The notes beneath the pieces are model-generated. The model saw nothing but the letters and a program-made list of their open reading frames with translations, had not been told where the DNA came from and searched no databases. The translations under genes were made by a program, and so were the position numbers. From Planctomycetota bacterium (GTDB lineage Bacteria > Planctomycetota > MHYJ01 > JACQXL01 > JAVHLO01), in the NCBI GenBank assembly GCA_031082105.1, contig JAVHLO010000001.1, positions 1 to 38,352 on the forward strand: a stretch of 38,352 nucleotides of DNA, given 5' to 3'. This document shows positions 6,703 through 14,505 of the stretch, piece after piece. The stretch's first letter is position 1, and each line of letters starts with the position of its first letter.

Positions 6703-8771
6703 TCTTCCACCTCCCCGAGCATATCGGCGATCTCACGCTCGATCTTCTTGATGTCCGCCTCGATCTCCGCAAGCGGGCGCGGCGGGACGTACTTGTAGAA
6801 GTACCTGTTGAAGTTGATCTCGTAGCCGGTCTTGGTCTTGGACTCGTCCACCCAGGCATCCGGCACGTGGGGCAGGACTTCGCGCTTCATGTATTCGCCC
6901 ACATCGTCCTTGAGCGGCACGTTCTCGTAGTCGCGGAGTTCCGGGTCCGGCTCAGGGTTGCCTTTGGCGTCCGTGCACACATCGGCGGTCTCGTCCCGTT
7001 CTGAGAGCGCATCCATGACGGCCTTGAAGACGGGCGCGGACGCTTTCACTCCAACGGCGTCTAATGCCTTTTTGACCATTTCCGCGAAGGCCTCACGATT
7101 CTTCACGACGCCTGCCTGCGCCCCGTTTCGCGGGGCAGGCAGCCCGCTCGACGCGAGGGACTGCAGGGCAGCTATGATGGCTTCCTGGGTTTTCCGGCCC
7201 TCTGCAATCTCCGCTTCCGCGCCCCTGGTATCTTTGCGTTTGCGGCTTTCCACCAGCGCCTGGAACGGTCCGGCCTCGCGTAGCCGCGCCAGCCGCTCGT
7301 CGGTCACGGCAAAGTTGAGCCGGAGCGGGCGCTCCACGGTGATCCGGCGATAGCCAAAGTCCTCGTTGCCAAAGACGCGAACGTGCTCGTCGCCTGCCTT
7401 TGCATCGCGCCTAGATGGGTCCTTGAGTTCCCCATAGAAGCGGGTGATCTCGTCCCGCTGAGATTCGCAGATTTCGTTGCGCTTGTTGCCGAGAGACTTC
7501 CGCATCTTCTTGAAGAAGGTAGTGGCGTCCACGAGCTGGATTTTCCCCCGGCGGCTCTTCTCCTTCCGGTTTGTCACGATCCACAGGTAGGTGTAGATGC
7601 CGGTATTGTAGAAGAGCTGGTCGGGCAACGCAACGATGGCCTCGAGCCAGTCGTTCTCGATGATCCAGCGGCGGATTTCGCTTTCGCCGGAACCCGCGCC
7701 GCCCGTGAAGAGCGGCGAGCCGTTGAAGACGATTGCCAGCCGGGTTCCGCCTTCTTTCGGATCCTTCATCTTGCTGATCATGTGCTGGAGGAAGAGGAGC
7801 GAGCCGTCGTTGATCCGCGGCAGACCCGCGCCGAAGCGGCCGCCGAATCCCTGCTCCTCGTGCTCCTTGCGGATGGCGTCCTCCTCCGGCTTCCACTCCA
7901 CGCCGAAGGGGGGATTGGCCAACATGTAGTCGAACCGCTTTCCGGCGTGGTGGTCCTCGGTGAAGCTGTTGCCGAAGCGGATGTTGTCGAGGCTCTGACC
8001 TTTGATGAGCATGTCCGAGCCGCAGATGGCGTAGGCCTGGGCGTTGTAGTCCTGGCCGAAAACCTTGAGGCTCGCGTCCGGGTTCAGCTCGCGGAGGTAA
8101 TCCTCCGCGACCGAGAGCATACCGCCCGTGCCACAGGCCGGATCGAACAGCGTCTTCACGATGCCCTTCTTCGTGAGCACCTCACCATCCGGCAGGAAGA
8201 GAAGGTTGACCATCAGGCGGATTACCTCGCGCGGCGTGAAGTGGTCGCCCGCCTCCTCGTTGGACGCCTCGTTGAACCGCCGGATGAGGTCCTCGAAGAT
8301 GTAGCCCATCTCGATGTTCGGCACCTTGTCCGGGTGCAGGTCGATCTCGCAGAACTTGGAGACGACGAGGTAGAGACGGTCCGCCTTGTCGAGCCGGGCG
8401 ATGTGCTCCTCGAAGCCGAAATGCTCGATGATCTCGCGGGTGCGCCCGGAGAAGCCCTTGATGCAATTGACCAGGTTCGCCGCGATGTTGTTCGGGTCGC
8501 CCTTGAGCTTCTCAAAGGTGAAACGGCTCGTGTTGAAGAACGGCACGCCGGAGACCTTGCAGAGGATGGGGTCGAGGTTCTTCACCTTGCCGCCCTGCAG
8601 GCTCTTGAGCTTCTCCAGTACTTTCTCCTTGGTGGGTTCAAGGACGCAGTCCATGCGCCGCAGGACGGTCATGGGGAGCATGACGTCCTTGTATTGGTTC
8701 GGGCGGTACGGCCCGCGCAGCAGGTCGGCGACCTGCCAGATGAAGCTCACCTTTTCGCCGAAGTTGTTCAT
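6699..8771 (-). CDS. hsdM: Type I R-M DNA methyltransferase subunit (HsdM), N6-adenine type, 690 aa
   Basis: Starts MNNFGEKVSFIWQVADLLRGPYRPNQYKDVMLPMTVLRRMD (HsdM N-terminal domain). Has the SAM motif DPACGTGGML and the catalytic motif LANPPFGVEWK. ATG 8771..8769 has a GGAAGGA RBS about 10 nt upstream. The 81 extra N-terminal codons of the listed ORF (up to 9014) read through palindromic repeats and are rejected. Confidence 0.9.
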   Translation of the reverse strand: MNNFGEKVSFIWQVADLLRGPYRPNQYKDVMLPMTVLRRMDCVLEPTKEKVLEKLKSLQGGKVKNLDPILCKVSGVPFFNTSRFTFEKLKGDPNNIAANLVNCIKGFSGRTREIIEHFGFEEHIARLDKADRLYLVVSKFCEIDLHPDKVPNIEMGYIFEDLIRRFNEASNEEAGDHFTPREVIRLMVNLLFLPDGEVLTKKGIVKTLFDPACGTGGMLSVAEDYLRELNPDASLKVFGQDYNAQAYAICGSDMLIKGQSLDNIRFGNSFTEDHHAGKRFDYMLANPPFGVEWKPEEDAIRKEHEEQGFGGRFGAGLPRINDGSLLFLQHMISKMKDPKEGGTRLAIVFNGSPLFTGGAGSGESEIRRWIIENDWLEAIVALPDQLFYNTGIYTYLWIVTNRKEKSRRGKIQLVDATTFFKKMRKSLGNKRNEICESQRDEITRFYGELKDPSRRDAKAGDEHVRVFGNEDFGYRRITVERPLRLNFAVTDERLARLREAGPFQALVESRKRKDTRGAEAEIAEGRKTQEAIIAALQSLASSGLPAPRNGAQAGVVKNREAFAEMVKKALDAVGVKASAPVFKAVMDALSERDETADVCTDAKGNPEPDPELRDYENVPLKDDVGEYMKREVLPHVPDAWVDESKTKTGYEINFNRYFYKYVPPRPLAEIEADIKKIEREIADMLGEVEE

Positions 8772-8863
8772 GATACGCGTTCCTTCCCGCGAGTTGAGAG
8801 GCCGTGCGGGCAGTTGTAGCAGTTTGCTCCGGCTTCTGTCAAGCAAAAGCTGCCCGCCCCATA

Positions 8864-8908
8864 CCCTCACCCCCGCGCTCTCCCAGGGGGAGAGGGTTAG
8901 GGTGAGGG
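8864..8908. repeat. Family A palindromic repeat (ccctcacccccgcgctctccc-aggg-ggagagggttagggtgaggg)
   Basis: Near-perfect inverted repeat. Related copies lie at 8952-9030, 29013-29045, 38125-38178, 38258-38291 and 38295-38348. Confidence 0.85.
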
Positions 8909-8951
8909 CGTTCTGTTTGCGCCGCGGGAGCGACCTTTGCCACAGGGCGTC

Positions 8952-9030
8952 CGTTCGTCCCTCACCCCCGCCCTCTCTCCCGACTTCGTCGGGATGCCGC
9001 CCCGGCGGCACCAAAGGGAGAGGGAGAAGC
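8952..9030. repeat. Family A repeat split by an internal insert
   Basis: cgttcgtccctcacccccgccctctctccc ... gggagagggag. The left part is the reverse complement of the gggagagggcgggggtgagggacgaacg core seen at 38125-38178. Confidence 0.75.
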
Positions 9031-9038
9031 GCTCCACT

Positions 9039-10217
9039 TTACCGCCAGCAGGGCATGGTGTCGACCATGGGGTCGTTCGTGACGTTCGACTTCTTGTAGT
9101 CGGCGACGTTCATCACGAAGATGTCCTGGTTCCCGTCGCCGATTATGCGCACGAACGCGACCTTCGTGCCGTCGGGCGACCAGCATGGCATCGAGTCGTG
9201 AAAGTCGTTCTTCGTCATGCGCCGGTGCCTCGACCCGTCGGCGTTCATGATGTAGATCTCGTAGTTCTTGTCGCGCGTCGACGCGAATACGATCTTCGAT
9301 CCGTCGGAATTGTACCTCGGCGTGTAGTGGTCACGCCCCGGGGCCAGCTTCGCGATCGCCCCGGAGCCGCTGCGCTTGAGAATCTCTTCCGGATCGCCTT
9401 TCTTCTTGAAATGCGCAAACACGATGGTCGAACCGTCCGGCGAGACGCTCGGATTCCAGCAGCTCACAAGCGGCGCGTCCGCCTTCAGCTCCGTAAGCCC
9501 CTGCCCGTCCCGCTGGATCACGCTGAGCCCGCGCGGCGGTTCCTTGTTCCCGCCGCCAAGGTCCGTACAGACGGTGGTCGCGATCTTCTTGTTGTCCGGG
9601 AACCACGACGGCGCGCCCTCGATCGCCTCGCTGTTCGTCAGCCTGCGCTCGTGCTTGCCGTGCACGTCGATGATGAACAGGTCGCGTTTCTGGCCCCGAA
9701 AAGAGACGAACGCCACCCACCTGCCGTCGCGCGAGACCGCGGGTTCCGCATCGGAGTTTTCGTTCCTCGTGAGCTGTTGAACGTCCATCCCGTCCGGGGC
9801 CATCCGGAACAGCTCGTCCTCGCCGTCGCGTGAGGAGACGAAGTAGATGCGATCCGTGACCGGCTCGATCTTGTCGAGGTGTTCGGGCCAGCCGAGCGAT
9901 AGAAGACAGCGCCGGCACTGCACCTCGGTCGCGGCGCACGATTGGCAGATGACCTCTTCGAACTTCGGATCGAGGTTCTCCCGGCTGCAGATGGCGCAGG
10001 CCTTCGGGGCTTCGAACGAGCCCGGCTCCCGCTCCGCCGCCAGTTCCGCGGTGCACGTGTCGCAGAGCGTGCGCACGGGCGGCTTTTCCGCTTCGCCCGG
10101 CCCGGTCTCCTCGGCGGACACGGGCACACGCGCGCCCGCACAGGCCAGAAAAAGGATCACGGCGCATAGAAAGCCTCGCCGCAAACTTGCCGGATGTGAC
10201 CATTCGGGATATGTCAT
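9039..10217 (-). CDS. Secreted TolB-like PD40 beta-propeller protein with an N-terminal double zinc-ribbon (4x CxxC) module
   Basis: Signal-like N-terminus MTYPEWSHPASLRRGFLCAVILFLACAGA. CxxC motifs CDTC, CAIC, CQSC and CRRC. Repeated PD40-type motifs (SRDGRWVAF, SPDGSTIVF, NSDGSKIVF, SPDGTKVAF). ATG 10217 has a GGAGAG RBS. The longest ORF starts at GTG 10250. Confidence 0.8.
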   Translation of the reverse strand: MTYPEWSHPASLRRGFLCAVILFLACAGARVPVSAEETGPGEAEKPPVRTLCDTCTAELAAEREPGSFEAPKACAICSRENLDPKFEEVICQSCAATEVQCRRCLLSLGWPEHLDKIEPVTDRIYFVSSRDGEDELFRMAPDGMDVQQLTRNENSDAEPAVSRDGRWVAFVSFRGQKRDLFIIDVHGKHERRLTNSEAIEGAPSWFPDNKKIATTVCTDLGGGNKEPPRGLSVIQRDGQGLTELKADAPLVSCWNPSVSPDGSTIVFAHFKKKGDPEEILKRSGSGAIAKLAPGRDHYTPRYNSDGSKIVFASTRDKNYEIYIMNADGSRHRRMTKNDFHDSMPCWSPDGTKVAFVRIIGDGNQDIFVMNVADYKKSNVTNDPMVDTMPCWR

Positions 10218-10259
10218 CTCTGTTCTCTCCAAACGTGAATCGACCACCACGGCCCGGTC

Positions 10260-13200
10260 TCACGTGTTGACACCGCCGCACCTTGCGGAAAGCGCCTCGC
10301 CTATTCTCTCGATCTCCCGCAGGATATTTGTCTGTTTGAACTCCTCCGCCAGGGACCGGGCCTTCTTCAGCTCGACCCCGGCCTTCTCCTTCTCGCCCAG
10401 TCCGGCGTGCGCCTCCGCAAGCACTGCGTACGCTTGCGCCATCTCGGACCGCCCCTGCAACTCTTCCAGGAGCCTCAGCCCCGATTCCGCATCAGCCAGC
10501 GCGCGCGCGTAGTCGCCGGTCCTGGCGCATGCGAAGCCGATCTCAACGAGCACGCGCGCTTCGTCTCCTTTCTTCCCCAATTCTCTGAAAATCGTCAGCG
10601 CCTTCCGCGAGAGCTCCAGGGACCGGCCGTAGTCGCCCCGGCTCTGATGAACACCGCCGATGTTGCCGATGGCCCGCGCAATGCCCGCCCTGTCGCCAAG
10701 CTCGGTCGACAGGCGGAGGTGTTCTTCATAATGTTCCAGGGCGCGAGCGGTGTCGCCCTGGAGCGCGTACACGCTGCCCATGTTGCCCACCGTCCGCGCC
10801 TTGCCGGCCTTGTCGCCCATCTCCTCGGCAAGCCGCAATTCCTTCCGGTAGCAGTCCATGGCGTGCACATAGTCGCCCATGTCCCAGTACACCAGCCCCA
10901 TGTTGCCGATGGCACGCGCCATCCCGGCCTTGTCGCCGAGTTCCTCCGTGAGTTGCAGGTTCTTTCGCAGGCATTCCATTGCGCGCTGACTGTCGCCCTG
11001 GTGCCTGTAGGCGAGCCCGATGTTGCCGACGGCGCTGGCCTGACCCGATTTGTTTCCCAGCTCTTCCGCGATCGCCAGGTCTGCGCGGTAACACTGCATG
11101 GCGCGTTGGTGGTCGCCCTGGTTCGCATAGACGTTGCCGATGTTGCCCAGCACGCGCGCCTTGCCGGCCTTGTCGCCGCGTTTTTCGCAGAGGCGAAGGG
11201 TGCGCTCGTAGTACTCCATGGCGCGCGCGTAATCGCCCTGAAGCCTGCACACGATTCCCATGTTCAACAACGCGGACGCGATTTCTGATTCATCGCCAAT
11301 GCTGTCGGCGAGCTCGAGGTTTCTCCGGTGATACTCCATCGCGCCGACGTAGTCGCCCCGCAGCCGGCGCAGGATTCCCGTGATGCCCATGGCGGCCGCG
11401 CGCCCCTTGAGAAAGCCGATCTGCTCGGCCAGCCGTTCCGCCGAACCCGCGATCCTCTCCGCGTCGCCCATTCGACCGTGCCGCCTGTAGATGAATGCGA
11501 GCGCCACTTGCCCGCCGACTACAAGCTCCCGGGCCGAACGCGCCTGTCCGCCGCCGCCGGCCGCTTCAGCGCTCCGGCCGGCGATCGACAACCCCTCCTC
11601 AGTGTCGCGGACGCCCTCCGCCCACATGCCGATGAAATCACAGACCCTGGCCCGGTCATACAATGCCCTGACGAGCCGGAGCTCACTGCCGGGCAGGGCG
11701 CGGCATCTGTCGACGAGCCGCGAGTAGAGTTCGATCGCCTCGCGGTTCTTGTAGTCCTCAGCCGCGTGTGCCGCGGCCTTCTCCAGGTAGTCAATCTCCT
11801 TGTCGAGGCACTCTCCCTTTCCGAAGTGGTCGGCGAGCTCGCGGCAGAACTCCTTCCGGCCGGGAAAGAGCTCCTCGATGACTTCCGCAGCCAGTCTATG
11901 GAGGTGCGCGCGCACGGACGGCGGCGGCAGGTGATAGATTGCCTTCTGCATCAGCACATGCCGGAACAGGTACGCATCCTCGGCCGACTCCGGCAACGCA
12001 AGGCGGATCCCGGCCGCGGCGCGGTCCGCCTCGACCCCGCGCGCCCCGCGTTCGGGCTGGACGGCCTGGGGAGACTTCTCCGCAACGATCAACCGCTCCT
12101 GTTCCGCGCCGGGCACGACGTCGCCCGGCTCGCCCTCGTACTCGCGGCTCCGGCCCAGGACGCGTTCAAGCACCGTCCTCAAAAAGCGCACGCCCAGTGT
12201 GGCGGCATACTTCAGCCCTTCGCGCAGGTTCGCCTCGAGCCGGTCGAACCTGGCAAGGAGGAGGTCTTCGAGCGTGGCGGGCAGGCGGCCCATCTCGCCG
12301 ATAAGCCTCGTTTCGCCCCGGCTCTCTACGAGCAGCGGCGTGCCGCGCCACCCCGTGGCCAGGTGAAGGCTCATCTGTTCCAGGAAGAACGGGTTCCCCC
12401 CGGTTCGTTCCATGAGGAAGTCAAGCAGCTCCGGCGCCGGGTTCGCGTATCCGCGCGCCTTCTCCAGGAATATCGTGCGCGCCTGCGACTGGTCGAACCC
12501 CGTCAGGATTATTTCATCGACGCGCGCGTCCATTTCTGCGTCCACGCGCGGCCTCGAACCGTCTTCTCCGAACCGGGACGTGAGCACAACGACGAACGGC
12601 ACTGAGCGCACGTTTCGCGTCATGATCTTTACCCATTCCGCGGTCGAAGGCTCCAGCCAGTGCGAGTCTTCCACCTCCAGCACGAGCGGCGACTCGTGGG
12701 CGAGCGCCCTTACCAGCTCCTTTGCCGCGTAGAGCTGGTTCTCGTGTCTCAGTTTCGGATCGTCGACCTGCCCGTACAGCGAGAACGGGGCGGGGCTCCC
12801 GTCCGGCCAATGGCAATTGACGAGCGAACCGAGGAAGGAGACTGCGCGCGTCAGCTCGCGCCGGGTCTCTTCCGGGACGGCGGGGTTCCGGGCGAGTTCT
12901 TCGACGCGGCTCTCGACTTTCCGCCGTTTCTCCTCTTCGGGAGTAAGGGCGCTCACCGCGAAGAAATGCTCGAGGCCTCTCGTCAGCGGTCCCAGCCCGC
13001 TGTCGCGCTCGAGGCAGGGCAGGTGGAGCCAGTGCCAGGGTCGCGTCGCGCGTTCGAGGTCCTTGCGCAACTCCTGGACAAGCCGCGTCTTGCCCATCCC
13101 GGGTTCGCCGTAGATATAGACAAGCCCGGCGAACCTTCCTTCTTCCGCGGGTCTCAGCAGCCCGCGGAGACGCCGCAGTTCCTCGCGGCGGCCGATCATC

Positions 13201-14462
13201 GGGCCCTCGTAGACGAGGGCGCCGGCGCGCGGGATCGATCGTTCGAAACCGAAAACCTTCTCCGGCTTCGATTTTCCCTTGAGCGGACGACATCCGAGCT
13301 CGCGGAAATCGAAGAACTTCCGGGCCGAATCGTGGACGCGCTCGGAGACGAGCGCCTCTCCCCAATCCGCGGCGGACATCAGCCGGGCGGAGGTGTTGAC
13401 GCAATCGCCGATGCACGTCCACTCGTTTCTGAACTCGCCGCCGGTCGCGCCGGAGTATGCCAGCCCCGAATCGAGTCCGGCCTTCAGGCGGGGATGCGCG
13501 GGCGTTTCACCGGGCAGGCGCGAACGCATCTGCTCGACGAAGTCCAGCGCCGCGCGGGCCGGGTTCTCGATTGCCCTCGGGGCGCCGAAGAAACAGAGGA
13601 TGGTCATCCCCTTGTCGCCGAAATCGAGCTTGTTGAACGTCCCGCCGCGCTGCGCGGCCAGTTCGCGCGCGAGGCTCAATATCCGGCCGATGTCTTCGCC
13701 CCGCGCGGTCGCCGATTCGGTCCCCTGCATTGCCGGCACGCGGGCGTCCGCGCCCGCGGCCGCCGCGTCGATCTGGATGAACACCGAGACGACCGGCTTG
13801 ATCTCGGGTTCTTTGCCGAGGTTCAGTATCTCGTCCTGGATGAATGCGTCGAGGGTCTCGGGATTGTTTGGCGGCCCGAAGTCCCGGCTCTGCTCGATGC
13901 GATCTTCGGTCCCTGCGACGAGCAGTCCGCGGGCGCCGGCGGGGATCGACTCCGCGAGCCGGATCTCGCCCGCGGCGGCGGAGCCGACCAGCCTGCACGC
14001 CGTCGCGATCGGCTCACCGAGAAAGTAGTACCCGCATCGGCCGAACGGGTCGATCGCGATCTCCCATTCGATCGTCCCGGCAGCGATCCCGCATCTCGCC
14101 TTGAAATCGAACGTGCCGTCCGGCGTATCCTGCCTGCCGATCTCATCAAACGCCCGGACGATGCCCGCGGCTGCTGAGATTGCGCGGGAGCCGTCGTCAT
14201 CGTCGGGAAACACTGCGGTGAACCCGTCGCCCGCGAACCCGGTGACGATCCCGCCACGCGCGAGAACGGCGTTGATGCACGGATCGAAGACACGGCGCAG
14301 GTTCCGGCTCATGAATTCCGCGCCGCGCTCGCCGAGCGAGAACGCGGTCTCCATGAGGGGAGTGAAGCCGGAGATGTCGACGAACAAGGCGGCGGCCCGG
14401 AGCTCGCCGCGGAGGTCCCGGGCCCGGTATCGCTTCTCAATGAAATCAGGAACATATCTCAT
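10260..14462 (-). CDS. Tandem class III adenylate/guanylate cyclase domains + AAA_16 (STAND-type) ATPase + long TPR array, about 1400 aa
   Basis: First cyclase domain (CHD1): LFVDISGFT ... GFAGDGFTAVF. Second (CHD2): FIQID ... DFGDKGMTILCFFGAP ... CIGDCVNTSARL. Walker A is YIYGEPGMGKTRLV. The C-terminus has about eight 40-residue TPR units (GNxGxVYxxQGDxxRAMxxY). ATG is at 14462; an alternative TTG is at 14501. Confidence 0.85.
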   Translation of the reverse strand: MRYVPDFIEKRYRARDLRGELRAAALFVDISGFTPLMETAFSLGERGAEFMSRNLRRVFDPCINAVLARGGIVTGFAGDGFTAVFPDDDDGSRAISAAAGIVRAFDEIGRQDTPDGTFDFKARCGIAAGTIEWEIAIDPFGRCGYYFLGEPIATACRLVGSAAAGEIRLAESIPAGARGLLVAGTEDRIEQSRDFGPPNNPETLDAFIQDEILNLGKEPEIKPVVSVFIQIDAAAAGADARVPAMQGTESATARGEDIGRILSLARELAAQRGGTFNKLDFGDKGMTILCFFGAPRAIENPARAALDFVEQMRSRLPGETPAHPRLKAGLDSGLAYSGATGGEFRNEWTCIGDCVNTSARLMSAADWGEALVSERVHDSARKFFDFRELGCRPLKGKSKPEKVFGFERSIPRAGALVYEGPMIGRREELRRLRGLLRPAEEGRFAGLVYIYGEPGMGKTRLVQELRKDLERATRPWHWLHLPCLERDSGLGPLTRGLEHFFAVSALTPEEEKRRKVESRVEELARNPAVPEETRRELTRAVSFLGSLVNCHWPDGSPAPFSLYGQVDDPKLRHENQLYAAKELVRALAHESPLVLEVEDSHWLEPSTAEWVKIMTRNVRSVPFVVVLTSRFGEDGSRPRVDAEMDARVDEIILTGFDQSQARTIFLEKARGYANPAPELLDFLMERTGGNPFFLEQMSLHLATGWRGTPLLVESRGETRLIGEMGRLPATLEDLLLARFDRLEANLREGLKYAATLGVRFLRTVLERVLGRSREYEGEPGDVVPGAEQERLIVAEKSPQAVQPERGARGVEADRAAAGIRLALPESAEDAYLFRHVLMQKAIYHLPPPSVRAHLHRLAAEVIEELFPGRKEFCRELADHFGKGECLDKEIDYLEKAAAHAAEDYKNREAIELYSRLVDRCRALPGSELRLVRALYDRARVCDFIGMWAEGVRDTEEGLSIAGRSAEAAGGGGQARSARELVVGGQVALAFIYRRHGRMGDAERIAGSAERLAEQIGFLKGRAAAMGITGILRRLRGDYVGAMEYHRRNLELADSIGDESEIASALLNMGIVCRLQGDYARAMEYYERTLRLCEKRGDKAGKARVLGNIGNVYANQGDHQRAMQCYRADLAIAEELGNKSGQASAVGNIGLAYRHQGDSQRAMECLRKNLQLTEELGDKAGMARAIGNMGLVYWDMGDYVHAMDCYRKELRLAEEMGDKAGKARTVGNMGSVYALQGDTARALEHYEEHLRLSTELGDRAGIARAIGNIGGVHQSRGDYGRSLELSRKALTIFRELGKKGDEARVLVEIGFACARTGDYARALADAESGLRLLEELQGRSEMAQAYAVLAEAHAGLGEKEKAGVELKKARSLAEEFKQTNILREIERIGEALSARCGGVNT

Positions 14463-14505
14463 GGCGGGCTCTTCGCGCTGCGATTCCGCAAGAAGCGGCA
14501 ATGCT

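Noticed and set aside
7383-8819. 478-aa + strand ORF, with 6618..7004, 6958..7353 and other ORFs over hsdM
   Set aside because: These are antisense or off-frame shadows of hsdM. No motifs, and their composition is biased in the same way.
9331-10281. 316-aa minus-strand ORF overlapping the TolB-like gene
   Set aside because: It is an alternative frame with an Arg/Gly/Ala-rich translation. The 9039..10217 frame has a signal peptide and PD40 repeats.
10560-11460. Periodic DNA repeats inside the cyclase gene 3' region
   Set aside because: The periodicity reflects the 40-residue TPR units of the protein. The DNA copies are diverged, so this is not a tandem DNA repeat or a mobile element.
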